Source: the human T2T-CHM13v2.0 reference genome, Homo sapiens
Reading direction: 5' to 3' (one strand)
Length of the DNA: 64,000 nt
Assembly (NCBI RefSeq): GCF_009914755.1
Contig: NC_060929.1
Shown here one piece after another: positions 27,125 through 40,179 of the stretch. Position 1 is the first letter of the stretch, and every line of letters starts with the position of its first letter. Below the pieces are notes generated by a model. It was not told where the DNA came from. It did no database searches and saw only the letters and a list, made by a program, of their open reading frames with translations. A program made the translations under genes and the position numbers.

Positions 27125-27300
27125 GAATATATTAACTCATTTCATTCTCACAATACTCTATGACGTAGTTTTGACTCTTGCCCTCACTTAAAAGATGAGG
27201 TTACGTAACCTGCCAAATTCAAAAAGCTTCAAAGCATCAGAAATTGATCTCAAAAGTCTCCAACTCCAGATACTGAATTCTTAATGACCACACTGTACTG
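27125..27300 (-). mobile_element. MIR SINE
   Basis: TATTAACTCATTTCATTCTCACAATACTCTATGA...AGATGAGG...ACTCCAGA...TCTTAATGACCACAC. Confidence 0.7.
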
Positions 27301-28599
27301 ACTTTTTAAATGTATATAGACAGTACCTTAATAATAGTAACATATTTCCTTTAATAAAGATGTATGATTCTGAAATAAAGTATGAAAACACATATATATA
27401 AATTATTATGATGTATATTATTTTAGCAAAATGATATTTTTATGAATGTTACTGCAGGTCAGCTATTTTCTAATGCAGACATGTAATTTTTTGGAGATTA
27501 TGTATAAAAATATTTCATTTCTTAAAGAAAAAAGTTATCAATCTAATATGTGTCAGAAAAAACCTGAGAAATGTGGTCTTAGTTTATTCCCAGAATACCA
27601 AACAACCAATATGATGTTATATTTATTCATTTAGGGAGCTTGCAAGTAAATTGCACTCTCTGTTCTGACAGACCCTTGAGATGGCATAAGCCTTTTCCAA
27701 ATTTTGCTTCATTGTGATTCTGAGTCTTTAAATAGAGAATTTGGCTGCTAAGCCTACAAGAGATTCCATGTCTATTAAATCCATCCTATCTTGTTGTGTT
27801 TATTTGAGGTAATCTATTAGTTTACACAACTTGCTCTTTGGTCATGCAGAGCTCTGAAAAACACAGCCTGCCAGGGCTCCGTCCTGATTCATTGTCATGG
27901 AGAAGCTCAAACAAGAACCAGACACTGTGAGGACAAAAGATCCCTCAAATTACCTGCAGAGAGTCGCCCTGGCTTTCAATGGCTGCAGTCCAAAGACACT
28001 TAGACCAAATTAAATTGTGCCAAAACATTTAAAAGCAATATTATTAAAACAGAATTCTTCTCAATATGCTGCTCAGCCACATGTTATTTGTATTTTCGGT
28101 ACTAAAAACTACTGACATAAATGAATTAATGTTTGCAAACACTTAAAAGAAGGCCCGGCACACAGAAAGCATTATACAAAAACTATGAGACTTTGCTAAA
28201 CAAAATAAAAGATGGGAATTCTACGCATGGTCAAGATGACTTACTTTTGTATCTGATTTAGAAGTCACCAAATATGTATAAATTTCACTTGGAAGAAATA
28301 AATGATCATCCTGAAAGTTCTATCAGTACATGGAACGTAGCATGTATATCCATACATGCTACACAATACAGGAATGTAACATACATATCCATACAGGATA
28401 CACAATACTCCTGTGTGAGCTTGAGAATGTGTTAAAAGAAAGAAATGAACAATGGGCTAAGAGTAGCAAAAGAGATCAGAACACTGGGAGGATTGGCAGG
28501 AATGAACCTGGGAAGAAAACAGCCCAGAGTGTGTACTGCCGCAAATCATCAGCTGAACTTAAACCTTGGCACTCAGGATCTCTGAATAAATGCATTGGC

Positions 28600-28725
28600 T
28601 GCACAGTGGGGCTCAGGCACTGCTAAGCTCTTCACATATGTTATCTTATTTAGTCCCTACAACAGTCTTATAGATGATGACTAGCAATATCCCATTTTAC
28701 AGATGAAGAAATTTAGTCAGAGGCA
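28600..28725 (-). mobile_element. MIR SINE
   Basis: AGGCACTGCTAAGC...TTATCTTATTTAGTCCCTACAACAG...CCCATTTTACAGATGAAGAAA. Confidence 0.8.
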
Positions 28726-29824
28726 TTCCTGGAGACTGGGTTGAAAGAGACCTAAATCATTTTTATTTTATTGTTTTTCAGATTTTGGCCACATACACAT
28801 CGTTTTCATCCTTAATTACATCATGGGAGTGAAGCTTCCATAATATTCCTTGAGAGTTTATAAATACTGTAAACAAAATTTTCTAACTTTTCATAATTAA
28901 TGAAAGTTTCTAGGACTGCAAAGTACACATGTGTTCATGTTTTATATGATCAATGGAAAAGAAAACTGGCCCTGACTCATCTTCGTGACTAGCAATCTCA
29001 TGGTTATGAGTCATCACTTCTTCCTCTCCTCAGTATTAGACAACACAAAAGACAGGCCTTTTAATCAAATGACTTAATCACTTAGGTTTAGTTTGGCATC
29101 AGACATAGGTATTGATGGCACCTAAATGCTCCATGCTCCATAAGAACAGAAGAGCATTACTATATGCAGAGGACACAGCAAGCATTAGGAAACAGACTGA
29201 CTCCTCAAGACTGAATCAAACATTTTCTGTGCAAAATTAGTGCAAGAAATCACAAGGAGGAAATACGAAATGTTGAGACGAAGAATAAATATTTAGATGG
29301 TATCAGCCCAGAGTAGACAGGAGGCATTACGGACACCTTCAGAGTATTTTCATACCCTTGCAATTGGCTTTGTCAAACAATTTTTAATTTTGATGTACAT
29401 GTGTTATGCCTCCCTAATAATATACAGAAATCCAGAATTTGGGACTAGTCTGCATGGTATTTAGGATGTGACTTGCAAGGACTTTAAACACAAAAAAAGG
29501 CCTCAATACATCAATGCCTTAAATGTTGGTGTGTGAATGTAACCATCTTAAGTTGATTTTTGTAGGCTAGGCTTTACCTCTTATTTGCATTCATTATAGT
29601 AAAAGGAATCAGCCCAACTTATTTATATATGTTGAACTTTCATTTTATATTCATAAATGGTCATCATTGGATGACTGTATTTCCAATAATTTACTGAAAA
29701 TTAAAACACAATGGCTTTCTGCAGCAGGAAAAACGTTGGTTTAGGCTCCTGTAGAGGTTGAAGTAGAAACTAAGAAAAAATAGGTTCAGATGTATAATGA
29801 CAGTGACAGGGTAAAAGATAAGAA

Positions 29825-30098
29825 TGGCAGCTAACACCCATTGATAAAAGGTTTAGCATAAGTTAGGCAAATATTCAAAGCTCTTTGAAACACTAGTTCA
29901 TTTAATCTTTAAAGAACCTTAAGGGTCACAGCTTATAATTATCATTCTCAGCATATGGATGAAGAAAACGGAACAAAGGGAGGATAAGTGACATACTAAA
30001 GGTCACATACACACATCCCTAGTTAGTAACCCTGGGATTCCAACTCAGGGAATCTACTGCCAAAGTATGCATTCTTAATTACTATCAAATATTGCCTC
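29825..30098 (-). mobile_element. MIR SINE, near full length
   Basis: GCAGCTAACA...TCATTTAATCTT...GATGAAGAAAACGG...AAGTGAC..AAGGTCACA...GGGATTCCAACTCAGG...TCTTAATTACTA. Confidence 0.8.
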
Positions 30099-32199
30099 TG
30101 GACTGTGTTAAAAAGCTAAATGGAGAGCGAGCAAGGAGAAACATATGTGTACACACTGAAGAAGCAGAGTTAGAACATAGGGCTAAAGAAAAAGGTGAAA
30201 AGAGAAGAAAAATGACTTGGAGATGGAAATAACCATTATTAAAATGAAAATTAAAAACAAATCTCTCTCATATTATGGAAGTGTGAAAAACAACAGAGAA
30301 GGCTCTCCTATATTTTCCACAGTAGCATTTTGTGTTCTACAATCATATCAATCAAGGAGGAAATATTGATCATGTGGTTACCATGGGAGAGGCTCCGCAA
30401 AGCTCCGGGGGACACTTGTACGTGAGAAGATAAATAAAAGGGTAAGGTAGCAAGTGTAGAGTTCAGAGCAGCTCAATAGCAAGAGGCCTAGTGTGCTGTC
30501 AAGGAAACAGCTGGCTGAAAACGAATCATAAACTCTATCTCTAAGCTTATGAAACTGCCCTTGCTTGTAGTGCATAAGATCCGTAATATATTTAAAGATG
30601 ATCATGTCTTCATTTACAAAGGAAGACAAATTAAAAAATCAAGAAACAGTCAAACTAAATAAACCAAAGTCTTAAGATGTTTCTGCAGCTTAATAACAGA
30701 AACTCAGTTCGAAACACAGAATTAAGAATTATAAGTCCTTATAAACTTAAGAATGGAAGTGTGATCAAGACTCTCAGTTGCTACATCTTGGCAGATATGA
30801 TTTAGATATATGTTACATGGGTTGGTTCACGATGTACTCAAATATTGAAATACTTAAGTAGACAAATAGTATTAGTCAAACAATGCCAGTGAGCTCACAT
30901 GAGGTATAGCATTTAAAAAAATTACATCACTAATTTTGTCACATTTAAGAATTATTTAAGAATATCATAACCCTTCATATTATCTATTTGATTAATAAAA
31001 TTATTCCTTTTAGTTCAAATACAAGATTCTTCAATGGCAATTTTATGTCTCCTCAATCTAATCTGAGTTGTGATTTCATCTGTCAAAATAGTGTCAACTT
31101 AGTTAACATGCTAACACATATCTACAGCTAATTTTTTTCTGTCTTACAGTTCCTAAATGAAATAAAAGTCATTTCTGACTCCAACAATGAAATTTTATTT
31201 TCCTTTGAAGTGAACATGCATTAAAACATTTGGAATAAATATTTTCCCTGTAATGTGGTTAAAATTGAGCCCTAAATATTTAGGGCCATTGCTGTTACTA
31301 CCTAATAAAAATTTTTCTGCTATAAATACAAGTACTGATTCCTTTAACTTCTCAGAGACACAGCATTTCAAAGTAGAAAGTCTAAAAACTGTTGGTGGTG
31401 TCTGGTTAGAGATCAGATACAAAAGCTATATTATTAATATTTGTTTATTGGGCAAATGCATGAGAAGTGAAAAAAAACTTTTCATATATAGAAATGGGAA
31501 AATGCAACAACTAATATTTTCCTTTGTTTAACACAGAATGAAATATAAGACTTGCTCCAAATTTCTTTCTCTTTCCCCAAGTCCTTTATATATCTCTCTG
31601 CTTTATATTAACTCCTATATCCATCTCTCCCTGTGCTTAGGTACCTGTTTAACTGGCTTTTTGAGTGTTCATCTCTCTATATACACATCTAAATTTCCCT
31701 GCCGTTTAAGTTTCATTTTCCCCTTTTCCTCCCATTGTTCCCTCTATCCTATGCCACCTCTCTTTATCTTTAAGCAAAGATCACTCCAACTCCTCACTCT
31801 GTTCTCTTCACTCAATCTTTCACTCCACTAAAGTACATTTTTTATAAGAAGTTAAATTTATTGAAAGAACATGTATGAACTAAAAGAAAAAGTTGAATAC
31901 ACCACTTTCCAAACCAATGAGAATGAACTGTAGATTCCATATGTGGCATATGGGATATCTTATAGTTCTCTGAGAACTATAAGACACGTTGGCACTTGGA
32001 GGATGAGAAAACAATAAACACACAAGCCCACACTACTGGAATGCACAAAGCTTTTCACAGAAATGTATCAACATGGGAAAGGATGTTTTATACTCATGTG
32101 CAGAATATTTTGCAGAGAATCTAAACTTATTAAAGTACGCGTGTTATTTAGCTCCTTTTTAAAAAACAATCTCACTCAGATATTCTCTACAACAATCCC

Positions 32200-33955
32200 A
32201 TCAAAAATCTATGTAGATGCCCCTCCTAACATGCTGGGTTTCTCAATGTCTTTACTTCCTCTTCATCAAAGATAGCTGTCTATCCCCTATCTCATTCCCT
32301 CTCTGCAACAGTACAATGGTCATCCACTAGGCCTTGTCTTAACAATAATTACAATCCGCCCCTCTCCCCACAATACACACATCTTGAATTTACAAGCATC
32401 ACCTTTTCCCCACCTTCTCCAATCTTTGCAGTTCATTCACTTTGTTATACTAATTTTTAACAAATCTTTATCTGTCCCTGACCCAATAGTCCAATGATCC
32501 TACTACCTTTTCATAGTACTTAATATCCATCCTGTCTGCCTTTTTTTCTTCATCCCATGCCTAATTATTAAAAATATTCCCTTGCATACATGCTCAAACC
32601 ACTTGTCTAATTAGCTCTTTACATACCTAGATATACCATTAGACTAAATTGTGACACTGATAAAGTGCAACTCTGTCTACTCCATGTATCTGTACATACA
32701 ACTGAAAATGACTGAAAAAGAATCCACATAGTAATTTTTACTTGTTTCTTATTAAATATATGGCCCTTAACATAGGCTTCTAATACTGTATTACATACAG
32801 TAATAGGTAATAATAATACCTAATACCTTATAGGTATATATACCTAATCATAATTGTAATGCAGGTCTTTATTCAATATCCTTCTCTACTGGCTGGTACT
32901 TTTGTCCTTTGAACTATCTTAAACCTTCACCAATTCTCCCCTTTAATCCTTATTCTAGGTTGATGATCATATTTCCCATTTAACCAGGATAAGAAGAGAC
33001 AACCATAAGTGAAATTTTTATAAGCTTGCTCTACCACATTTGCCCACCTACTTACACCTCCTCTAGTATTATCTGCCTTTTTCCTCTTTTAAAAATTTAC
33101 CAGTAGACATATCTGTGCTCTTGTGCAATTTCATGTAATCTATTTGTGCATTAAGTTCCATTTCACTTATATTCTCAAGAAAAGCATCCCATCAATTGCA
33201 CCCCTTTCCTCATCCATCATTATTTTTCTCCTTTTCTTTACATATTTTTACCAGTATATGAATGTATTCAGTATTGACCTAAATTCTTTCTCCAGCTATT
33301 GTCCCAATTTTTGCCTTGAAAGCAAAACTTTTGGAGTTACCTATATTTAGTATCTCAATTTTTCTCTTTTGCACCAATTTTAATCAGTATTTTGCCATCA
33401 TAACTCCACCTAATGTACTCTTGGCAAGATCAGCAACCTCCATTGTTCAATCCAATAGTTAATTTTTGCTTTCATCCATTATGACCAAATAGGAGGATTC
33501 AAATTTCTCCTTACTGTTTTCTTCCTAGTTATTGAAATATTCTGAATTTTCTTCTTACTTTCTGGCACATTTTAGCGTCCATTTCTGATGCCTCCCTTGA
33601 TCCTTAAAATGGTGAAAAGGACCATTTTCTAGGGTTCTTTCCTTTTTTGTCATTTAGGAAAGAGATAAAATGTACTCTTGTGGCTTCAAATAACAAACAT
33701 ATAGTATTGACTTGCCAATTTTATCTCTAGTTTGGATCTATCCCTTGAACTAGACTAAAATGTTCAAATTGCAACAATTCATAGCTACTTGGATGTCTAA
33801 GAGCATCTTAAATTTTAATATTCTTCATTCCAGTTCCGGTAGTTCCAAAAGATATAAATTCCATGAGAGCCAGGATTATTTTCCCCACTTGTAAATCCTA
33901 GTACTTAGGACAACAAGTGGTAAAAATGTGTTATCAAAGAATACAATAAATAAGA
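32200..33955 (+). mobile_element. L2 LINE remnant (ORF2 interior to 3' end, with deletions)
   Basis: Pyrimidine-rich; GGTCATCCACTAGGCCTTGTC, CTCTTGGCAAGATCAGCAACCTCC..TCCAATAGTTAATTT, CTACTTGGATGTCTAAGAGCATCTTAAA, TTCCATGAGAGCCAGGA; boundaries approximate. Confidence 0.7.
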
Positions 33956-35139
33956 GTAGAAAGGAAAGAAGGAAACAAAAGACAGAAAGAGAAAGAGAGA
34001 GAGAGAGAAAAGGAAGAAAGGAAATAAAAGAATAAATGAATTATTTTATGAACATTAGATGTGAGAAGGACTTAATGTGCTGGATGATTTCTGTATCCTT
34101 CATGGACGTCCAGTGACATAAGTCTGAATTCATATATAACTGTCAATTGCATTTCAGATTTCTGGGTCTAAGCATCCCTCCTTTAGGGATAATGACAACC
34201 CAGTGGGCTCTCATTCTACCTTTCCTAAATGTTTCTGTTATATTTATGCACAAGCCTTCCCTTTCTAACAGGTATGGGGAGGTCATTCACACACAGACAG
34301 ATGGTTCCCTAAAGAATTCTTGCTAACAATGAAGCCTAAAGCAGGCCAGAGGAAATGTTTAAACATGTTTTTTAAAGGCCCACTTTTACTTCCATTTCAT
34401 AAAACTAAAAAAGAGCTTTTACATGCACTGAGAATATGCACTAGGGGCTCTTTGATTAAATTTGGCTTTGATGTAAAGATACAGGGGTCTTAGTTAACTC
34501 CCTCAGCAATGCTATGTGGTCACACTGAGGATTGCCTTTGTTTATAGTTATCATCTTTTTGCAAATGTTTAGACAATGGATTTCATTTTATTAATAACCT
34601 TGCACAGAATAATAGAGTCAAAAAACTCTAGATCTATCAAAGTGGCTAGTTATGGTCTTTCATATTTTATTTTATCCTAAGTCCTGATTGCTTTGTTAAA
34701 ATAAACCCAGATAAAAAGAGGAGAGGAAAACAATTGGATCCATACATCATGTTTATTTAGCATATGTCCTTATGTATAAGGAGGTTTTGAAAAGTTTGTT
34801 TTCTTGGCCTATGATTATGTCTCAGTCTTCAAATACCACTTTTAGTTTGGAAGCTGAGAAAGAGGAAGTAAGTTGTTATTTCAGGGGATGTTCTTTCATT
34901 GTTAGCTGACTCTTTGTCCGGCACCTCCAGAAGAAAATACCCTCAAAAACTTTAAGGACCCTTACAGTTCATTAGAAATATACCTGTTCATGACCAGCTT
35001 CTTACATCTTAAGGCAACTTTACATTTACTTGTCCCAACTTGGAAAGATGAGTATTAACAGGTTTTGATTTGACTACTTTTAGTATGTTTCCCTATATTT
35101 TCTATAGACATTCTTAAGTAAGCTAGGCGATTTCAGTTA

Positions 35140-35491
35140 CAGTTCTGTGCCCTATATTGAGGTTTCGGTCACCAACAGACCACTTATATGACAGTGGTCC
35201 TATAAGATTTTGCTATTAATACAGTATTTTAATGTACACACTTTTTCTATGTTTTGATACTTCTGGATACACCAATACCATTGTATAGCAATTTCCCATA
35301 GAAATTAGTACAGGAACATGCTGTACATGTCTGTAGCCTAGGAGGAATACGCAATACGTTATAGCCTAGGTGTGTAGTAGACTATACCATCTGGGTTTGT
35401 TTAAGCACATTCTGTGATGTTAACACAAGGACAAAAAAACACCTAACAACGCATTTCTCAGAATGTATCTTCTTTGTTAAGTGATTCATTA
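35140..35491 (-). mobile_element. Tigger3a (Golem/MER7A-type) DNA transposon
   Basis: GACAGTGGTCCTATAAGATT, TAGCCTAGGTGTGTAGTAG..TATACCATCTGGGTTTGT, GCATTTCTCAGAATGTATC..TTAAGTGA; homologous in reverse to the ends of 59513-61294. Confidence 0.9.
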
Positions 35492-35597
35492 TCCCCTTTG
35501 TATTTAAAAACTTTTTTTTTTTTTTTACTGTGGAAAATAAAGAATCTTAATGTATTGGTTGTTCATAAGCACTGAGCTAGCTTTTACATACAGTCAG

Positions 35598-35600
<3 letters not shown>

Positions 35601-35639
<39 letters not shown>

Positions 35640-35644
35640 TCTCT
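35601..35644. repeat. (CT)n microsatellite
   Basis: Directly visible. Confidence 0.97.
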
Positions 35645-37610
35645 GTCCCAATGTCTTCTCAATGCTCATTTCCAAACTTGTGATTTTTTTTTTTGTTCCT
35701 GATGTGTTTCGCTTAATTGTTTAGTCACACCTGTTAGTACTGTTGTTCCAGACTGTATGATTGAAATAGCTGTTATTTTCCCAGTTTCTGTAGATCACAT
35801 ATAGGAAGTTCTGCATAATCATAGTGATGAAAACTCATGTTTAAAAAATCCATATATAATTAGCGTGATACAACACAGCATCTTAACACTGAGGCTTTAA
35901 GTTTTAATAATTCTGTTATTCTCAGTAACACTGAAAGTTGCCTGTGCTCTTTCTGTCACACAATTGATTCCAATGTATTTTAAAATGTGTTTTTCTGAGT
36001 CATTTGTTGCCTTGTTACTTTTTAAAATTTCCCCTTCGGTATAAAAAGTGCAACAGCCTGTTTTTGTTTTAGCTTAATTTTTCAACAAGAAATGTTTTGA
36101 AAGTTAAAGAGCACTTTCTTTTTTTAAAAAATAATTAATTATAAATGATGTTTGTTTCTCTGGCTAAAAATTAGGACAAAATGTTGAGGAAAGCCATGGG
36201 AATGTTCAAACAGAAAGTCCTTTAACCTGAACTACTCTGAATTTTATGTTTTTAAACACTGTATACCATGAATTTAAAATTTTTAAAGCAATACAACAAT
36301 GATTAAAAATAATGTGCTGTATACTTTCACAAAAAGAGCTGTCAAATAGGTACTCTAAGGTTTTCATTATAATTAATAGATACTACAAATATGCCACAAT
36401 TTTGCTTCTTAGATGTCATGTTTTTCTTTAAAGAAAAAAAATAAAAACTAGAAGCTCTAGTATAACATAAATTTTACATTTTGGGTAAAATGTTGAGATT
36501 CTGAATATATTTCTTGAAGTTTTAAACAAAATAGCCCTAAACTTATCTTTAGAACACTCTCCTCTTAAAATATATGTCCAATTCATTTACTTATTTTATG
36601 TGAATAGAAATTTCATGTTTCAAGATTTAAAAATAAAATATAGAAACTGACAAATAAGTTAAAAAATAGGTTAGAAATGAATATAGATGTAATAATATTA
36701 TACATATAGATACAGATACTGCAATTATTGTGATTTTCAGTTTCAAAAAATACTTCTTAGAGTAATAATACCACTGTAATTATAAACATGGCCATATATA
36801 CTCTTTTCAAGTATTTATGTACACTTATATGTTACTATAAATTAAAGGTTAGAGCAATTTTTTGAAAACCAATGTTATAAATCAGATGACCAATTTTATT
36901 AGTTTAAAACATTATAGACATTTGGAAAATTATTATATCCTTCATGTTTACACTGTTGAGGGACAGAAATTTAAGAAACTGAGGTGGGAAGAGTCTTTTG
37001 TAACTATATAATTATGGTTACAGAAAAGGGCCAGTTCTGGACACCTATCACTCATTCATTTGATTAGGCAATTATTCTTTCATTCTGTATACTAGTCTCT
37101 CTTGAGCACTTGCAATGTAATATGAACTGGCATTCTCAACAAGAAAGTAACAAGGAGGTGTTATGATGGGGTAGTGAAGATGTGATTTACATATGGCCCT
37201 GATGTGTGTGAGGCACAATGGCTGAACAGGATTAAACTGAATACCAATATTGAAAACAGAAACTCTAAGTAATATCTGCAGAAAATAAACAGACATTACA
37301 ATGGAATTTTTCAATTAGTTTTGATTGCAAATATGTTTTCTATAGCAAACGAATGCACACAAACATATAACCACACATGCACACATATAGACAGACCTGC
37401 ATACACAGAAACACACAATGTACAATTTCGAAGAAAGTATAACCAAACAATACCTAGCCTCACTATGGGCAGCACACATTTCCTATTCTATTGCATTATA
37501 TATATGTACATATTTTTTTTCAAAGAGGGCTTGAGAGAAATGAGACTTCCTCTTAGAAATACTACATCCTTGAAGAACAAAAAAATTTCAGCAGTTATAT
37601 ATATAGAGAG

Positions 37611-37770
37611 AGACATTTTTAGAAATTAAATAAGTATATAATAAAGGGCTAGACTGCCTTTATTGGTGGCTTGTAACATTGAGAAAGGAAATTTTTTTTA
37701 TTGAATTTCACAAAGACAAGAATCACATTTCAAATTATGTCACTAACCTTGAAAAAATATATTTGCTATA
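37611..37770 (+). repeat. Left arm of a 160-bp long-range inverted repeat
   Basis: Reverse complement of 39085-39244; about 8 differences by manual alignment. Confidence 0.95.
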
Positions 37771-38619
37771 TATATATATAGTGTATATAAATAGCAAATA
37801 AAATATATTTGCTATATATATAGCATATACATAGCAAATATATATTTATATATTTAAATATATATATTTAAACAATGGATACATAGACTTTTTTTGGGAG
37901 ATGGTGTTTAAAAATAACTGAATTTAGAGATTTAGAGGGTGTATACTGTGAAGCAGTGGAGTCACTGAAATGTAATGACCATGTTTCATGGAAACTTGTG
38001 AAACCTTCCAAGATTGTGGAAAAAGGAAAAGAGAAATTTTAGGGATGAGGGACTCAATGATGCTGGGTTATGGAAAACTTACTCTATTGTCATGGTTAAC
38101 TTCTGCTCATATCCTTTAGACTTCAGACTTCCTGACTGAAACAACAAGTTTATTTATTTTAATTTTTTTATTATTATTATGACTTCCGATATCCTAGATT
38201 GAGCATTTAGCAATGGCAACTTTCAGCAGTTAGACACCTTCTCATAAAATGCACTCCATAACCCAATAAGGTACATACATTTATAATCTCATTTTATAGC
38301 TAGAATAATTAAGTAAATATTACCAAAATAAATCACATATGTCATCAGAAATTTCATGAATATGACTTGTTATTCTTCTTATTCATATTTTCTAGTTACC
38401 ATATTCAATGTCATGGCTAACTTTGACTTTCTACTTCATGCTTTGTTCCTGAAATAACTATCAGGACATAAAGTATATATCTTGGTATTTTTAGATGATG
38501 TTGACCAAAAAATGTAGAAAAAATAAACGTGCTTGCCTATTATATGCCTTTTAAAGTTATAAAGGTACTCTGTATACAGACATGTTCTCATTTAAAAAAA
38601 TCACTAGTAGTTCAATAGT

Positions 38620-38866
38620 TATAAATTTAATTTTTAATGTACTTAAATACATTTGGAGCATTTCTTTGTTTAATTCTAATTTAAACTTTAAAATAAGTTT
38701 ATAGACAAAGAAATGTTCCAAATGTATTTAATATAAATTCAATTTTTAATGTACTTAAATACATTTGGACCATTTTTTTGTTTAATCTTAATTTAAACTT
38801 CTAAGAAGTTCATAAACAAAGAGATGCTCCAAATGTATTTAATTACATTAAAAACTGAATTTATAT
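38620..38866. repeat. Tandemly duplicated (112-bp period) AT-rich palindrome
   Basis: TATAAATTYAATTTTTAATGTACTTAAATACATTTGGA starts at 38620 and 38732; each unit contains the inverted copy ACAAAGARATGYTCCAAATGTATTTAA. Confidence 0.93.
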
Positions 38867-39084
38867 ACCAAGAAAGGTAATTAATATTTAGAGGATAGAA
38901 CTAATACTTTCAGATATAATATGTTATTTAAGTGTCCTTTCATAAATGAAAAATCTTTTTTGTTAATTTTACCAATGAGGATCAAAACACTTTGTCAGTA
39001 AATTTTATTTGAAATGAATTATTCAACAACAGTTAATAATTACACTTTTTCTTTTTCTTTTCTACTTTAAATCTAGCAGTAGTC

Positions 39085-39244
39085 TATAGCAAATATATTT
39101 TTTGAAGGTTAATGGCATAATTTTAAATGTGATTCTTGTCTTTGTGAAATTCAATAAAAAAAATTTCCTTTCTCAATGTTACAAGCAACCAAATAAAGGC
39201 AGTCTAGCTTTTATTATATACTTATTTAATTTCTAAAAATGTCT
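39085..39244 (-). repeat. Right arm of a 160-bp long-range inverted repeat
   Basis: Reverse complement of 37611-37770. Confidence 0.95.
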
Positions 39245-40179
39245 ATTTTTGAAATTATAATCCAGGTTTATTTAGCTTTAAAGCTGATTTCACCACTGCA
39301 TCACTGATTAAAAAGTGTCTAATTTTTTATTGTACTTACGTAGATTGAAAGTGCTGACAATTTTTGATACAATTTTCTGTCTTAATTATATTTGCAACTC
39401 CGTGTTCACTAATCATGAATTAAAGCATACTGCTGGAAAATATTTTGTCTTTTATAGAGTAATTAGACTCAAGATATTTTCTTTCCATTCTTGAAACAGA
39501 ATGAAATTTATATAATGTAAAGCAAAGCTTTCATCTTGTGGTATGGAATGATGTATACTGGTGATCATTTCGATTTGTTAAATTGAGAACTCAATAATAG
39601 TTCATAATACCATAAAATTTTCATCAGTTTTTGGACTGGAAAGACTCATCAATTTAAAGGAGACTTTACTTAATTTAAATGCTTTATATATTTGTGAGGT
39701 AATAGATAAGAATCCATAGGCTTCCAAAATTTGGGAATTCTTTCTTCTTTTATGTGACTTACTCTAGTTGTACAAGCAAAAATGCATAGTTCCTATTTTA
39801 ACAAGTTTTTAGTGATTGTGCAAGAAATGCTGAATGTTTTCAATATTTGCATCTACATGCATCAACCTGTCACTTTTTTCTTACTTATGTATATAGAGAC
39901 CAGTACTTTTCTTTTAACTTTATTTTTATACCTCAAAAAAGAAAGCCTCATAACAGAGGCTTAGCATATTTAACTTTTTGAAGATAAAATCCACTATTCA
40001 TCTGATTACTGAGAATATTAAAGATAAAGTAAATATTTATAGTATTTATAGTAATAATAATATATTTTTTCCACCAAGTCAATAGGTTCTAAATATTGTA
40101 AAAATATAGCTTACATGTGACCCTATCTCCTCTACAATCTTCCTAATTTAAAGCAGAAGCTTCTCTGTCCTAACTCATT

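Noticed and set aside
35721-35739. Minus-strand TACTAAC plus ACTAA (branch point or QKI-like element)
   Set aside because: Short AT-rich motif expected several times by chance in 64 kb; no exon context.
35824-35892. C box (GTGATGA) and D box (CTGA) about 70 nt apart, snoRNA-like
   Set aside because: No terminal stem, no clear D'/C' pair and no rRNA/snRNA guide I can recognise; such motifs arise by chance. An Rfam/snoscan search would settle it.
37611-39244. Novel DNA transposon with 160-bp TIRs
   Set aside because: No TSD and no transposase remnant; arm identity looks too high for the extinct primate DNA transposons seen elsewhere in the window. Kept as an inverted duplication finding instead.
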